DNA from: Dimorphilus gyrociliatus
Taxonomy: Eukaryota > Animalia > Annelida
NCBI GenBank assembly: GCA_904063045.1
Contig: CAJFCJ010000005.1
Location: 3,032,165-3,096,164, forward strand
Length of the DNA stretch: 64,000 bases
Direction of reading: 5' to 3'
This document shows, piece after piece, positions 11,097 through 24,000 of the stretch (positions are counted from its first letter, which is position 1; each line of letters begins with the position of its first letter). Under the pieces are notes generated by a model that was not told the origin of the DNA, searched no databases, and saw only the letters and a program-made list of their open reading frames with translations. Position numbers and translations under genes: made by a program.

Positions 11097-14000
11097 ATGG
11101 TTAGCAGACTTAAATTTATTTCTTTTTTTTTAGTCCATACTTATATCTTCCATCATTCATCTTCTTCATTTAACTCGTAGGCATCTCATAGCATTTTCTT
11201 ATCTCTTTTTATATTTCATTTATCGCTCTCCTCTTATAAAATATCTATAGATGGTGGCCAATCGACCGCAGCGGCTCGTAATTTCATATCGATTCTGTTG
11301 CGGTCTGAATATATTGGATACATATTCTTATTCTTTCCTTCTTTTTTTATGCAGTACGGCTTTATTCTGGCCGCACTCTCTAACCACGTTCGGAACAAGT
11401 ATGGGGAGGAAACGTGGAAATCAATAGCGTAAGTAGCAAAATATGTGTAAATAATATTATATAACAAGATACACACATACAGTTTATATATTATATATAT
11501 ATATATATTTTAAATATTTATACTTATATACATAAATATGTTAAGTAACGCTTATAATGATTCCAAAAGCGTTATTAATCAGCTGCATTAACGTGGAATT
11601 ATGTAAATAAGCAAATAGATTTATTTATATTTTAATAGCATTAACAAAATGATTTATAAAATTTTATTCAAGTGTTTCATTGTAAATAAATGGGTAAATA
11701 CTCTGTTGACAGATGCGAGTGCGGCCTGGAAGAGGATGTCGTCATTTCGCATCAAAAGATGTACGATGATCAACTTGTGCAAAAGGTCTTCACTTCGACG
11801 GCGCATAAACTCGGTACGTCCTTTTCTAGTTCAGAAAATAAGCGAAAGAAAACATACATATACACACACACACACATACATACACAAAAAACAACTAATG
11901 ACTAAATTAAGGGTTAATTACGGGTTGAATAACCTTGTATATATGTATCATTAACCTTAGGGTCACGAACGAACGATTTCTTGGAGAAATTTGGTGGCAA
12001 CTTTTATGATTATTGCGTAGACGGAGGATATGAAAGGATCATGCGTGTTCTTGGTAATAATTTAGCGGATTTTCTCTGCAATTTGGATGCCCTTCACGAT
12101 CATTTGGCAAGCGTATACACGCAAATGAACGCCCCATCATTCCGTTGTTGCAGTAAAGAGGACGGAAGTTTATACCTTTACTGTTCGAGCGATAGGCAAT
12201 GGATGTATCCGATGGTAAAAGGTCTTTTAGTCCGCTTAGCTGATCAATTATTCGATACAAACGTTCATGTTGACCTCGTTGAAACGGATGCGGAAGACGA
12301 TCAAGTTGTATTCAGTGTTAGAGAAAGGACTAGAGAAAGTAGGCGGCGTAGCTGCTCACTTATAACAATAACAACAAAACGCCTACGGACGTCGAACCTT
12401 CCCGAAGAATCTTGCGTTCCAATCGATGTCTTTTGCCGACTCTTCCCGTTCCATTTTGTGCTGAACCGCAAATTGGAAATTGTTCAAGCCGGCGTCGCTT
12501 TATTGCGTATTTTAAACTGCAGAAAATCATTACGTCTACAAGATGTATTTCAAATCGTTAGGCCTATTGGAAAACCAACTTTTCCTTCCCTATTGGCCAA
12601 CCTGCACCACGTTTTCGTCTTAAAGGGTAAGCGAACAGATATACGCCTAAAGGGTCAGGTTATCTACGCAAGCGAATCGGATAGCCTTCTATTCCTTTGC
12701 TCCCCTCGCGTCGATAATCTTGACGATTTGAAGGCGAGCGGTCTCTTCCTATCCGATATTCCTCCGCACGATGCGACCCGTGACCTTATACTAATCACGC
12801 AGGCTAGACGAGCTGAGAGAGAGCTCGTAGAGAAATTAGAAGAAGCTTCTGCCAATTTAAAACGATTACAAAGAAAATTAGAAGAGGAGAAGCGTCAAAC
12901 GGACCAACTACTAATTAGCTTGTTACCGTCTAATGTTGCTTCCAAACTGCGATTGAATCAGACGGTTGAGGCCGAAAAGTATAATCTAGTAACTATTTTA
13001 TTCTCGGATATAGTTGGATTTACTGCAATGTGTAGTAACGAAAAGGTCGTGCCTATGGACATAATCCGGGTACTTAACAAACTATACACGAAATTTGATA
13101 TGATGAGCACGGCCCATAATGTTTACAAAGTCGAAACCATCGGAGACGCTTATGTTGTCGTTGCTGGTCTACCGCACTATACTCAAGTAATAATCTCTTA
13201 CGTTTTTTCCACTTCAAGTATGACTTTCGTTTCTCTTATAAATTTTCTTTATATTTAGACTCACGCCGACAGAGTCGTGAACATGGCATTGAGCATGCAA
13301 CAGATTACTCAATCCATAACGAGACCCGCATCAGATTCCCCGATACAGGTATAAATCCCTTTACAACCCGTATGTTTTTGACGGCGAGAAGAGGATGGAA
13401 GGTCATTAACCTCCCACGTCTAGCCTTTTATAATAATTAATATGACGCTCAAAGTAAATTTTGATCAACTATCAACAGATTCGAATAGGTATACACAGCG
13501 GCGATTGCCTAGCAGGTATTGTTGGCCAAAAAATGCCAAGATATTGTCTCTTTGGTCATAGTGTAAGCATTGCTTCTCAAATGGAAGGAGCTAGCCTACC
13601 CGGATGCATTAACATCAGTAAAATAGCGAAGAGGTAGGCCTATCTCGCTTCAATTTTTCTTCCTTAACCTATTAATAGTATTTTTTTTATCAATCTTGCT
13701 GCTGCTTCTTCTATGGATATTTATTTCACCCTGCGATCTATCTTCTCATTCTCTTCCATCTTCCAAATATGCGTCGTTCTCTTTTCCTCCCATTTCTCAT
13801 TCATCAAAATCAGCTACCTTACCTGTCCCAACTCGTACATTTTCGAGAAAAATTGGCAGGCCGATGACTGTTATTTCGTCTACCAAAAGAGCGGGGTGAA
13901 CTTTGTTACTTCCTATCTTGCTGATTTATCGATTCCGGAGGCACCAAGGAGCCATTTTAAAACGCCTAGTCCGTCGCCCACGGCTTCCCCCGATTCTACA

Positions 14001-15031
14001 CCTGTTCGAACAATTGATTATAATACGGAGAACAGAACAAAATCAAAAATTTCATCACCATTGACAGTAAGTTTACCTTTCGTATTAGAAAGAAACAACC
14101 AATAAACAAGCAAACAATTAATTGTTGTAAGTTTTTCCATTTCTTGTTATTATAATAGTAAAGAAAACATATAGACAGTGAAAGGAAAAGGCGCGATAAA
14201 TTATGTACTTGATTTACCCTACACCGTAAAAATTAGTTTAATTTCTAGGGCGATTAATTTGTAACTGTAGGGGTTTCAGTAACTCTTTTTAATGTTTTCC
14301 TTTCTGAAAAACAATTAGATATGCAACTAATATTGTAATGAGTATTAAGGCAGTAAGGCTGTCAAGAGTCATCAAACAATGAATGAAGACGGATTATTTG
14401 CTGAAAGCAAGTGGTGTTTGAGGAGAGATAACGCAACTCGACTTTTTTTTTATTTCCTCCCAATAGTAATTTATATATATGTATATACATATATATTATA
14501 TTCTTTGTTCTCCTTTTCTCTTTATAGATGCCTATCATACATATTTCTGACGTTGGAGAAGTTGAAGAAGATACAAGAAAGAGAAAGGAAATTGAAGAAA
14601 GAGAAAAGTTAGGGTGGGATCGGTACGATAATAGTGAATTAGATAAAAGAGATGGTATCTTAGAACCTTCACCAACACCATCTAATGGATCTTCTACACC
14701 AACGTCATCGTTTGCTAGTAGGAGAATGAGCGCTGTTGAAAAACGATCTGCTGAACGCTGTCCTGCTTTAGCAGCCCACGAATTATCTGGTAGAACTGAT
14801 AGTAGGAGACCTTCATCATTATGGACTGTAAACCGGAAATCACGTTCATCATCTTTATTCGTTCAAACGGAATCTCACCCAGATAAGCGTCGAACTAGGA
14901 GTAAATCGACCGGATGTGCCGATGTAAGAATTGCTCAACTAGACTTAAAAAAAATTCGCGAAAATGGCCGCCTAGTTTTCTATTTTTACAAGGACAAGAA
15001 TTATAAAGACAGATCGAACGAATCAAATTGA
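11097..15031 (+). CDS. Second soluble guanylyl cyclase subunit: full H-NOX domain with an alpha-type catalytic domain and a long Ser/Arg-rich C-terminal tail
   Basis: Exons inferred: ATG 11097-11099, 11355-11428 ([24 protein letters not shown]), 11713-11813, 11961-13186 ([10 protein letters not shown]; FSDIVGF; VETIGDAY), 13259-13348, 13479-13633 (IRIGIHSG...[19 protein letters not shown]), 13814-14066, 14528-15031. All junctions keep the frame. The last two exons are less certain. Confidence 0.85.
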
Positions 15032-15096
15032 TAGTTAGTGACATCTTTCGGATTAATATTGTTTTATCCTTTAAAATATTAATTATATTTTTGTCT

Positions 15097-18000
15097 CTAA
15101 TAGAATGTGTTTAGGTCGTCCGTACTCTTGGCCGACTTGATGAATTTCTTAGTTTTCGGAAGTGATTGCGAAGCTTTATCTACATCGACCAAACTGGCTG
15201 AAACGAACATATTCAGAGTCATTCTTAAACGTTCGTATTGTCGCTTCAAGTCGGCAATCTCCTCTTCTTTCTATAAAATGTAACAAACGCTTTAATTATA
15301 TACAGTTTACGACTATAGGGAAATGGGGGTGGGAAAAAGAGGGTTGTAGGAATACACTTGGGAAAAGAGTTAGTTGTCTGATTACAATGATAGAGACTCT
15401 ATGTAAGACGAATAAGCGAAAATAATTTTTCTCCTCCATTTATCCTTGATTTTTCCAATTCTTCTTCGTATCAGTCTTTCTTTTCTTAATCCATCTCCGT
15501 ATCTTATCCTTGTTCACTTTTCTCCATTATCATCATCTTCTCTTCATTCTTGCTCTGTGCATCTGTAATTCTCGTTAAAAAACTTCTTTTGGCTTTATAT
15601 AAAACAGATATTCCTTTTTCTTCTTCCTTTGTTCTTTTGCTTTCTGGTGTTCTTGTGTCTGGGTTTGTATATATATATACTTGTGTACGTGTGTGTATGT
15701 GCGTAGGTTTTTACATTAAGTAATTCCTAATTAAAGCGTTTCTTTCGACACCTTTATCTCTCTTCCTTTCTCTCTTCTTGGCGAGCGACAAGAGGATTAT
15801 GCGATTTACGACGCGAAATAAATAACCGATTGGGCTTTCCTTTTAATCAAGCCAATTCCCCCACAGTTGCTCCGGAAGAGGAACATTCTATTTTAGCAGG
15901 GAGGCTGGGAGACTGACGGAAAATTCCGTGTACCCTGAAGGTTTATTACAAGATTAATCAATTGGGTGGAAGGGAAGGTTATTTTTTTTTATTTTTCTTT
16001 CAGGGAAGTGCGCATTGATCATTTTTATTCTCTGCATCTATAATGACAACATATATAAAAGAAACGCTTACCTTTGACAGTATGTTCTTTACGATTAAGT
16101 GAATATTTTGGTCATATTTTGGTTGTAAGGAATAATCGATTGTATCTATAGGATTTTCAATTCCTGCCTAAACAATGTAATGAGTAAAGTTGAGTGGAAA
16201 ATCTTTATTAAATGTATAGAAAAATAAAAATAGATAACCTCCTTATATATTCGTTCCATGGTATAGAGAAATGTGTTAGAACCATAAACAGACTCGGAGC
16301 TGGTATGATGACTAATGGACTTTGCTAATTTATTTCTTGGCGTTTCCTTATGCTGCCTCAAGTAAATTATCTAACGAAAAGTACACATAAAAGAGAATTG
16401 AATCAATTAAAACGATATGAGATACTGAGAATTTAATCAATAGATTGCATTTTCTTTTCTTAATATAAGAAAAAATTACTTTGAAAGATATAAAGTACCT
16501 TTGGTATGAAAAGAAGGAACAAGGTTATAGACGTAGCTAACAAAACACAGCCGCTATAAAAACCGTAGGCAACATCGATCTCATCTTGCATAACTGTTAC
16601 AACAGTTACACCAACCAGGGACATAATAAGGACGTTGTAAACGCAAAATCCAATATATCTATATCATTTCCGTTTCGTTTTTGTTGGTTCATTAAGGTAG
16701 TTGGCAAGTAAGAGAAATAAGTTCATTGCATTACTTCAAGTTTATATATAAATATAATACATATATAGCATACAGTATATATATATATATATATATATAT
16801 ATAATGTAATATATAAACTGTATGGATTTATATGAAATTTCTATTTTGTTTTTACTTGGAATCATTTAAAGCTGGCAAGTGAATATGTCTTGTTGAATAA
16901 GCCAAAAAACAACCAAAAACTAATAAACATAATTTCCAACTTCCCAGAGCAATAAGCCAGTAAATTTGGTTGTTACTTTTACAGTGTAAATGCCTATAAT
17001 GCAGTATATGCAGCAAAGTTTCCTACAAGAAAAAACAAACATTAGTTAGATAAGAAGTTATCTTCACTCTTATTTCTTATCCTCTATACTTTTGGATTTC
17101 TAAAAGTTATTTCCACTAATCTAAATGGATTTATAATGGTCCAAATCACTAGTATGATAACGTCTATCATCCAAAATAGTAGAACAGAAGTTATAAGGTG
17201 AAAATCTTTAAGAGGTTGCTAAGGATGTATGCAGTAAAAAAATAGCCATGTGTTATAAAGGAAGCATTTTTTATAATTATAAATAATGTATAATACAAAA
17301 ACCTTTTGTCTCGGTATCATCTTTGTAAAGATGGCGTGAACACGCCAAGTTTTAGCAAACATAGGGGCGAATGCAAATGTAAAACCCGTAAATATAGCCC
17401 AGACCCTTATCTGCATTATGGTGGCAATTATTTATATATTTTTAGTAAAATATTCGTATACTTACTAAGCAGATTCTAGTAGCAAGCGTATGGGTTAGAT
17501 AACGGCCGTCTAGACCAAATAGTATAGCGCTGGCGTAGCACAAGATACATCCAAAAGTAATTAAATTGTTTAATCTAGGCGAAGACATTTTTATGTGCCT
17601 GTTTGTATATATTTTTATTGTTTGTTAATGTTATGTGATAAGATAAAGACAGTAAGGAAAATATATAAAAGAATGATAATACAGACGCATGATTCCTGAA
17701 AGCGATATTGAAGAAAAGAAAGCCCAATGCCATTGCTATTCCCACAACACTTAGTGTGAATACAACAATAATAATCTTTTTGTTCAAATATACAAACACC
17801 TTGACGGGTTTTGGTTCATCAGTTACTCTAACATTGTCTGAAAGAGAAATTTAAACTCGGCTATAATTAGCTTCATTTGTAGATGTATAAAAAATATATA
17901 TAGTGTATATATATATATATATATATATATAGCTATTGTTAATTATATTGGCCACACACACACAGACACACATCTGAACATGTATATTTATTATTTATTA

Positions 18001-21000
18001 TTTACTTGGCCATTTTATTTCACCCAAGACCTTAATTGCTACCGTATCATTCTTTATAACAGCATATTCTTTAGGTATTTGGTCTGGAAGGTTAAATAAA
18101 TTTTTTAAGCGAATAATTCATTGGTTATTCATCGTATTGAAATAACTAAGCGTTTCTTTTTCTCATCCATACCCTGGAATTGATGGATAAGCAGATTGCT
18201 TTGCCTATTTCCGCTCTTGGTAAAGCTTACATGGCCCTTTATATTTTAAGTAAAAAAAAAATAAAACATATTATTAGTAAACTATTAGACGCTTTTAAAG
18301 AGGTTGTGAGAGAAGAAAAGCTAGACGGCGTCTACTTACGCTAACTCCCCTGAAGGACGTTTTTTTCATACTATTCAATAGCACTTCATGAAATTCCGAA
18401 TTGAAGAAATAAGTAAAGTCCTTTAAAGTTAAAGGTCGCAGAACCTTATCATCTCCAATTTTTACTGGAATAGTCTACGTGGATAATAATAGAGAGTGTG
18501 AATAAAAGGACATACGTGGAGGATATACGTGTAATTAATTAAAAATCTAAATGGGAGATTTATTCATCTGCACATGAAAGATTTAATAATTTCAGTCATA
18601 ATTAATTATTTTACCTGATTCTTTAGAACATCCTCAGAGGCGTTTAAACTTAACGCTATTGCCCAAACAGCGTCATAAGCGTTGGCATGATAGAGGCTTG
18701 TACCAAATCGGCTTACAGTTGGCCACATTGTATATCTTTTCAAATATTGGTTATAAGTCTAGTAAACATTGTAACAGAACTTATTTAAGTATATAGAGCT
18801 ACGAAAAAATTAATAGACCTGTCCAGAAACAGTAACGATGCCATCATCCTCTCTTTTTACGTCAGAGACAGTTAACGTTAATTCTAAAGCTTTCCAAATA
18901 ATTTCAGGTTGGCAATCAGTAGTTCTTAAATTTTGCCATCCAGGTTCATAAAATCCAGGTATAATCCATTGGTAACCAGGACCAACCATATTTAGAGTAT
19001 AGGCTTCGCAAAGTACTATTCTAGCATGGTGTTCATTGCCGAAAAAGACCATTATTCTACCATTTTTTTTCTTAATATTCATTAAATTATCAATTGCCGA
19101 ATTTCTAAAAGATTCAGTTGTTATCAATGTCATATTATCTAAACGTATCATTCTACGAAGTAAATTCATTGTTAGATCATAAGGCATATCACTTTCGTGA
19201 ATAATAGAAACTTTTCTCCAATTAAAGTGTTGTAATACCAATAAAATGGCTTGCATTATCTTTTCATAAGAAGGAATTGTTCTAAAGAAATTCGGAAAGT
19301 GTTTTTTACTGGAGAGATCAGGACTTCCGGCAGCAAAAGATACCTGAAAGATGTGAATTATTCTATTTCCTTTATATGAAATTATTTATCATAGACAAAT
19401 TTAAAATTTAAAATATTCTCTTCATAAAATATTTATGAAAAATTGAATATTTTTTTTATTAAAAAAAATAATGAGGAGATAGAAAGAATTAAAAAGAATC
19501 TTAATCGATTAACTAGCTAGCGCAAAGTCACGTCTATTCCAATCTAATTAACGAGTAGAATAGGAATTGTGGAGTTTCCTATTATTGGTAGATTTTTTAA
19601 CTATAATGCTTTCAGACTATTCTGAACTAACTGAAATACAAGAGACACAAAGTCACGGTGTATTGCCAGACAGGGATAGGTTATTTAGAAAGAAACAAAG
19701 AAAGATGAGAGAAAAAAGAGATGGTACACAAGCTCTATTTTATTTTTAGATAAAAAAAATTATTATTTTCTTATTCATTACAGCTAGCTCTATCACAGGA
19801 AAATTCTCTTTTCCATGCTTTCAATCGGCTAATAGTAGTACTATAAGATTTATGTTTAATCCTAGAAAGCAAAATGGCAGAATAGGTTAGTTTAATTAAC
19901 ATTCGCTGACTAATATTTGAATAATTAGGAAATATAATTACAGAAAGTAGAATTGACTCTACAGCTGCCATATTTACTGATATTGAAGATGGAAATGCGC
20001 CTTTGAATAGGGTGGAAAATTTTAATATGGAACTGGGGCTTACTCAACAAAACTTGAGGGAATTACACAAGATATTTCTTGTAAGGATTTTTGCACTTTC
20101 TTTCCCTCTTCTCTCTTTACCATCTTTAATTATTTGAAGGAGAGAAGAAGGAAAAAAATCGAAATATTACTTGTTTTCTCTTTCTTTATTCGTTAAGGAA
20201 ATCGATCAAGACGGTAGTGGTGGAATTGATCAAACAGAATTTCGAATGGCTATCCAAAAGTTAAGAGAAATTACTGGACACGATATAAAGGATGAGGATA
20301 TAGATGAAACCTTTATGAAGATCGATGCAAATTGTGACGAACAGGTCGATTGGCAAGAATATTTAACCTACGTATTAACAAGTATGAAAGAAAAAGAGAC
20401 TATGACTAATTTATATAAAGAAAAAACTCTACCAAAGCAAGCTAAGCTTGTCCATAAAATGTACAAATATCAAAAGACGCTCGATACGTGCGTTGTAATT
20501 TTATGGTTACCGATTTTACGTAGAGAAAACATTCGCAATGCTGTGTTTTATAAAACAGTCACTATGGGATATGGGAGATATTTAACAGTTAGCAGGGACG
20601 GTATTTTAAACGTATGGACAAAAGATTTATGTCATGAGAGACGAATAGAATTAGACTCAAATAAAATTTGGGTAACTGACGCTTGTTTATTGTTAAATAT
20701 TAACGCTCTTGCTGTAGCTACAACTAAGGATAAGATAACAGTCTACGAATTAGTAGGTTTCCAGATCGGTAAGCCGGAAAATTGTAATTTTGTTGAAAGA
20801 ACTGTTTCGGTGCTTAATTACTCTATTTAGATTGAAATCCTAAATGTTTTGCTCATTCTAATTTCCTTCAGATTGATACAGGGGTATTTCCTACTTGCTT
20901 GACTTATTGGTTCGATGATAAGAAACCCTATCATGCAACGCTCTTTTGGGGCGATATGAAAGGGAATATTAATATAATAGAATTCAATCAGTGTAAAAAG

Positions 21001-24000
21001 TTATGCCTCTTACAACCTTTGCTGAAATCTAACGACAGTTCAATTAGCACAGTAAGATTATTTCGACTATCAAATTTTATCTTTTCCTATTCTTCTTTTT
21101 TCTTCTATTTCGCTAACGTAGAAAAAAGTCTATTTAGAGAAGAATATTTCTTTTGAAGATTTACTGCGGCAACCAGCTTCCTATTGTGGTGCATTGGCTA
21201 CTCATTTGTCAAATATTCACGAGGACTTTGTTCTCAAAATAAAATATTACCCATCTAAGAATATGTTCATATCGTGCTGTGCAGCGGCGAATACAGCATT
21301 ATACATGTCAGATAGTAGACAATTATGTCAAACAAGGTTTTTTATTAAAAGAGGAGTAACGACTTTCGACTACTGCTATAAAAATAATATGATAGTTACT
21401 GCTGGACAGGATTGCATCGTAAGGAAAACTGAACACACTCCCTGAGTTATTAGTTTAAAATTAGTTTTTGCCAGGTTAGAATATGGGATCCTTACATGCC
21501 CGAAAGACCAATTATGTATTTAATTGGTCACAAAAATCCGGTTGTTTTCGTTATTATTGACGAAACTGGAGGTGAATTGATAACAGTATCCAAAGAGAAA
21601 GATATATTAATATTTGACTTGGCCACTCAAATGTGTTCGCAAACCATAACACGTGGACACGTAAAACTCGGAAAACAACCGGTTAGTTACATTATATAAT
21701 ACACAAGTATGTATACATTTTTTTTAAAAAAATATATATATATATATATACATACTAACTTTTAAAAATATATCATTTCAAGAGGGTAAGCTAACGATCT
21801 AAAGTATAACTATTAGAGATGTTAGTAAGCGCGGTGAATATATATGCATATTTACAAGTATTAATAGCCTATTTAACTTATTTTGACTCCCTTGTGTCTC
21901 GACTGTTTGAGTTTATACTATTTTCAAGCCAGTAAATAATATTATTAGCAATGTCAGTTGATGATTGATCGAGTAAAGAGCGTATCGCCATTTCAGTTTT
22001 CATGGTATTTTGATATTCCTCGTTATGTCTCCATAAATTAGAATTAATTAAATTCATAATTTCTTCGTCTTCTGGAAACTCTGTAAGACCTCGCTTAACA
22101 TTCATAGATAATTCGATTGAAGAGCGATTAAATTTTGCCCATCTCGAATCAGCACTAGGTGTTCCAGGAATGCTAGCTAATTCGGGTGTTTCAATGACTT
22201 TCCACTGCTTAGCAGTCTTTACAGGATTGATATTTACTGGAGCATTCTTTTTCACTTGAGTATTTCCTCTCACTGCTATCCAACTAACTGGAGTTGCACA
22301 ATAATTCGTCCTGCACACTTTCCATCTAGTGGAATAAGCGTCCTGGTAATTCGCTATTTATGTCCTTGTAATTAATCAGAAATTCTCTTAATTGAAATGA
22401 ATCACTTTTACTTACTGTTGTACTGAATATAGGCATTCGAATTAATTGAGTTCGTCAACTGCATTCCGTATGGGTTTTCTTTGGAAAATATCAACGGATA
22501 CAATGGAACGTTCTGTGGAACTACATTTGGAACAATAGCGTAACGTTTGTCTGGCGCTTCAAATCCTCGCGTTAAGCGCGCCGTTTTACGATAATCCCTT
22601 TAATCAATTTACAATGATTAACCATATCATATTCAAATCTTTAAATTAATCAAATTTCACGTGTTACCTCTTGGTGTTTTCCATTTCTTTCGGAATTTCT
22701 CACAAGATTAATGCTGATTGGTCTAAATTATTACAGCATTGGCCTATTTGGCGGGAAAAAATGCACGTGAAGGCCTTATAGGGGTTCGAGTATTACGTAT
22801 AACACTGTCATACTAGTGCTTTTTTTAAGTCATAATCAACTCTTTTTTTTTAAGTTTCTTTTGTTTTTTATCTTGTTTTTCTCGTCTTTTTAGGTGACTT
22901 CAGTTTGCTTTAACTCGTATAGGAAAGCTTTAGTGATTGGAAACAATCAATTATCAATATTTGAGCACAAAAGTCCTAAAGATGAAGAAAAATCGTTAAT
23001 TACACATTACAAGTCATTCAAGTGCATGATTTATAACCAATTGTTCCAGAAGATAGTTGCCAGTGGTGCGGATGGCTATGTTTACGTGTTCGCTTTTGAA
23101 ACGGGAGATAGAATCCTCCAATTCTCAGCCCATCGTACAGAAGTTTATGGGCAGGAGGAAGGTTTGGAAATTACAACTATGGCATTTGATTATTCTCAAA
23201 GACGCTTATTCACTGCCGGAAGAGATGGTATTGTAAGATGCTGGAATTTCAATAATGGAATGATGTTACAAGAACTACGGGAAGCTATTGGTTCAGAGAT
23301 AATGACTATAGCTACCTCACCGAAAAAAAAGATCTGGACTGCTGGTTGGAATAGAATATTGATAGAATATGACGATAATCCAACGACTGTAGAGACTGAA
23401 ACTAAGAAGCTCTTTTACGATAGATGGCATAATGAAGATATTCAAACTGCATGCTGTGACCTGAGATCAGGTAGATTAGCGACAGCTTCATACGATGGCG
23501 ATATTTATTTGTGGAATGTGGAAACCCATCAACCTTTGATGAAATTCAATGCAAGTAAAGGAGTTGTTATTTCCATGTCGCTATATAAAGACATATCAAC
23601 AACAACTAAAGAAAATACACTTGAAGGTCACCCCATTACGGAAAAAGTAGCAAGAGCACGTCAGAGATATATTCCAAGAAATCGGCACCCTTTGTCTGTG
23701 ATCGAAAGAATACGTAACGAACAAAAAAGATCGAAAATGGGTGTCTCCAGAGAACAATCACCCTGCAGAGTCAAATTGAAAGAAAGACGGATGACTATCA
23801 ACAGGCTGCAAAAGGCAACTAAAAATTGTCATAAATTTATAAAGTCAACTGGGGCAACTGAAAGAGGAAAACTGGATTCTAAAGTTATCTCGCTTTCACA
23901 AGTATCTCATTCTTCGTTGTCCAGCACACCTGATAAATTAGAGAAGAATAAAGCTGAGAAACCTTTAAATGACCGTCGAGTTCACTTTAAAACATCGAGG

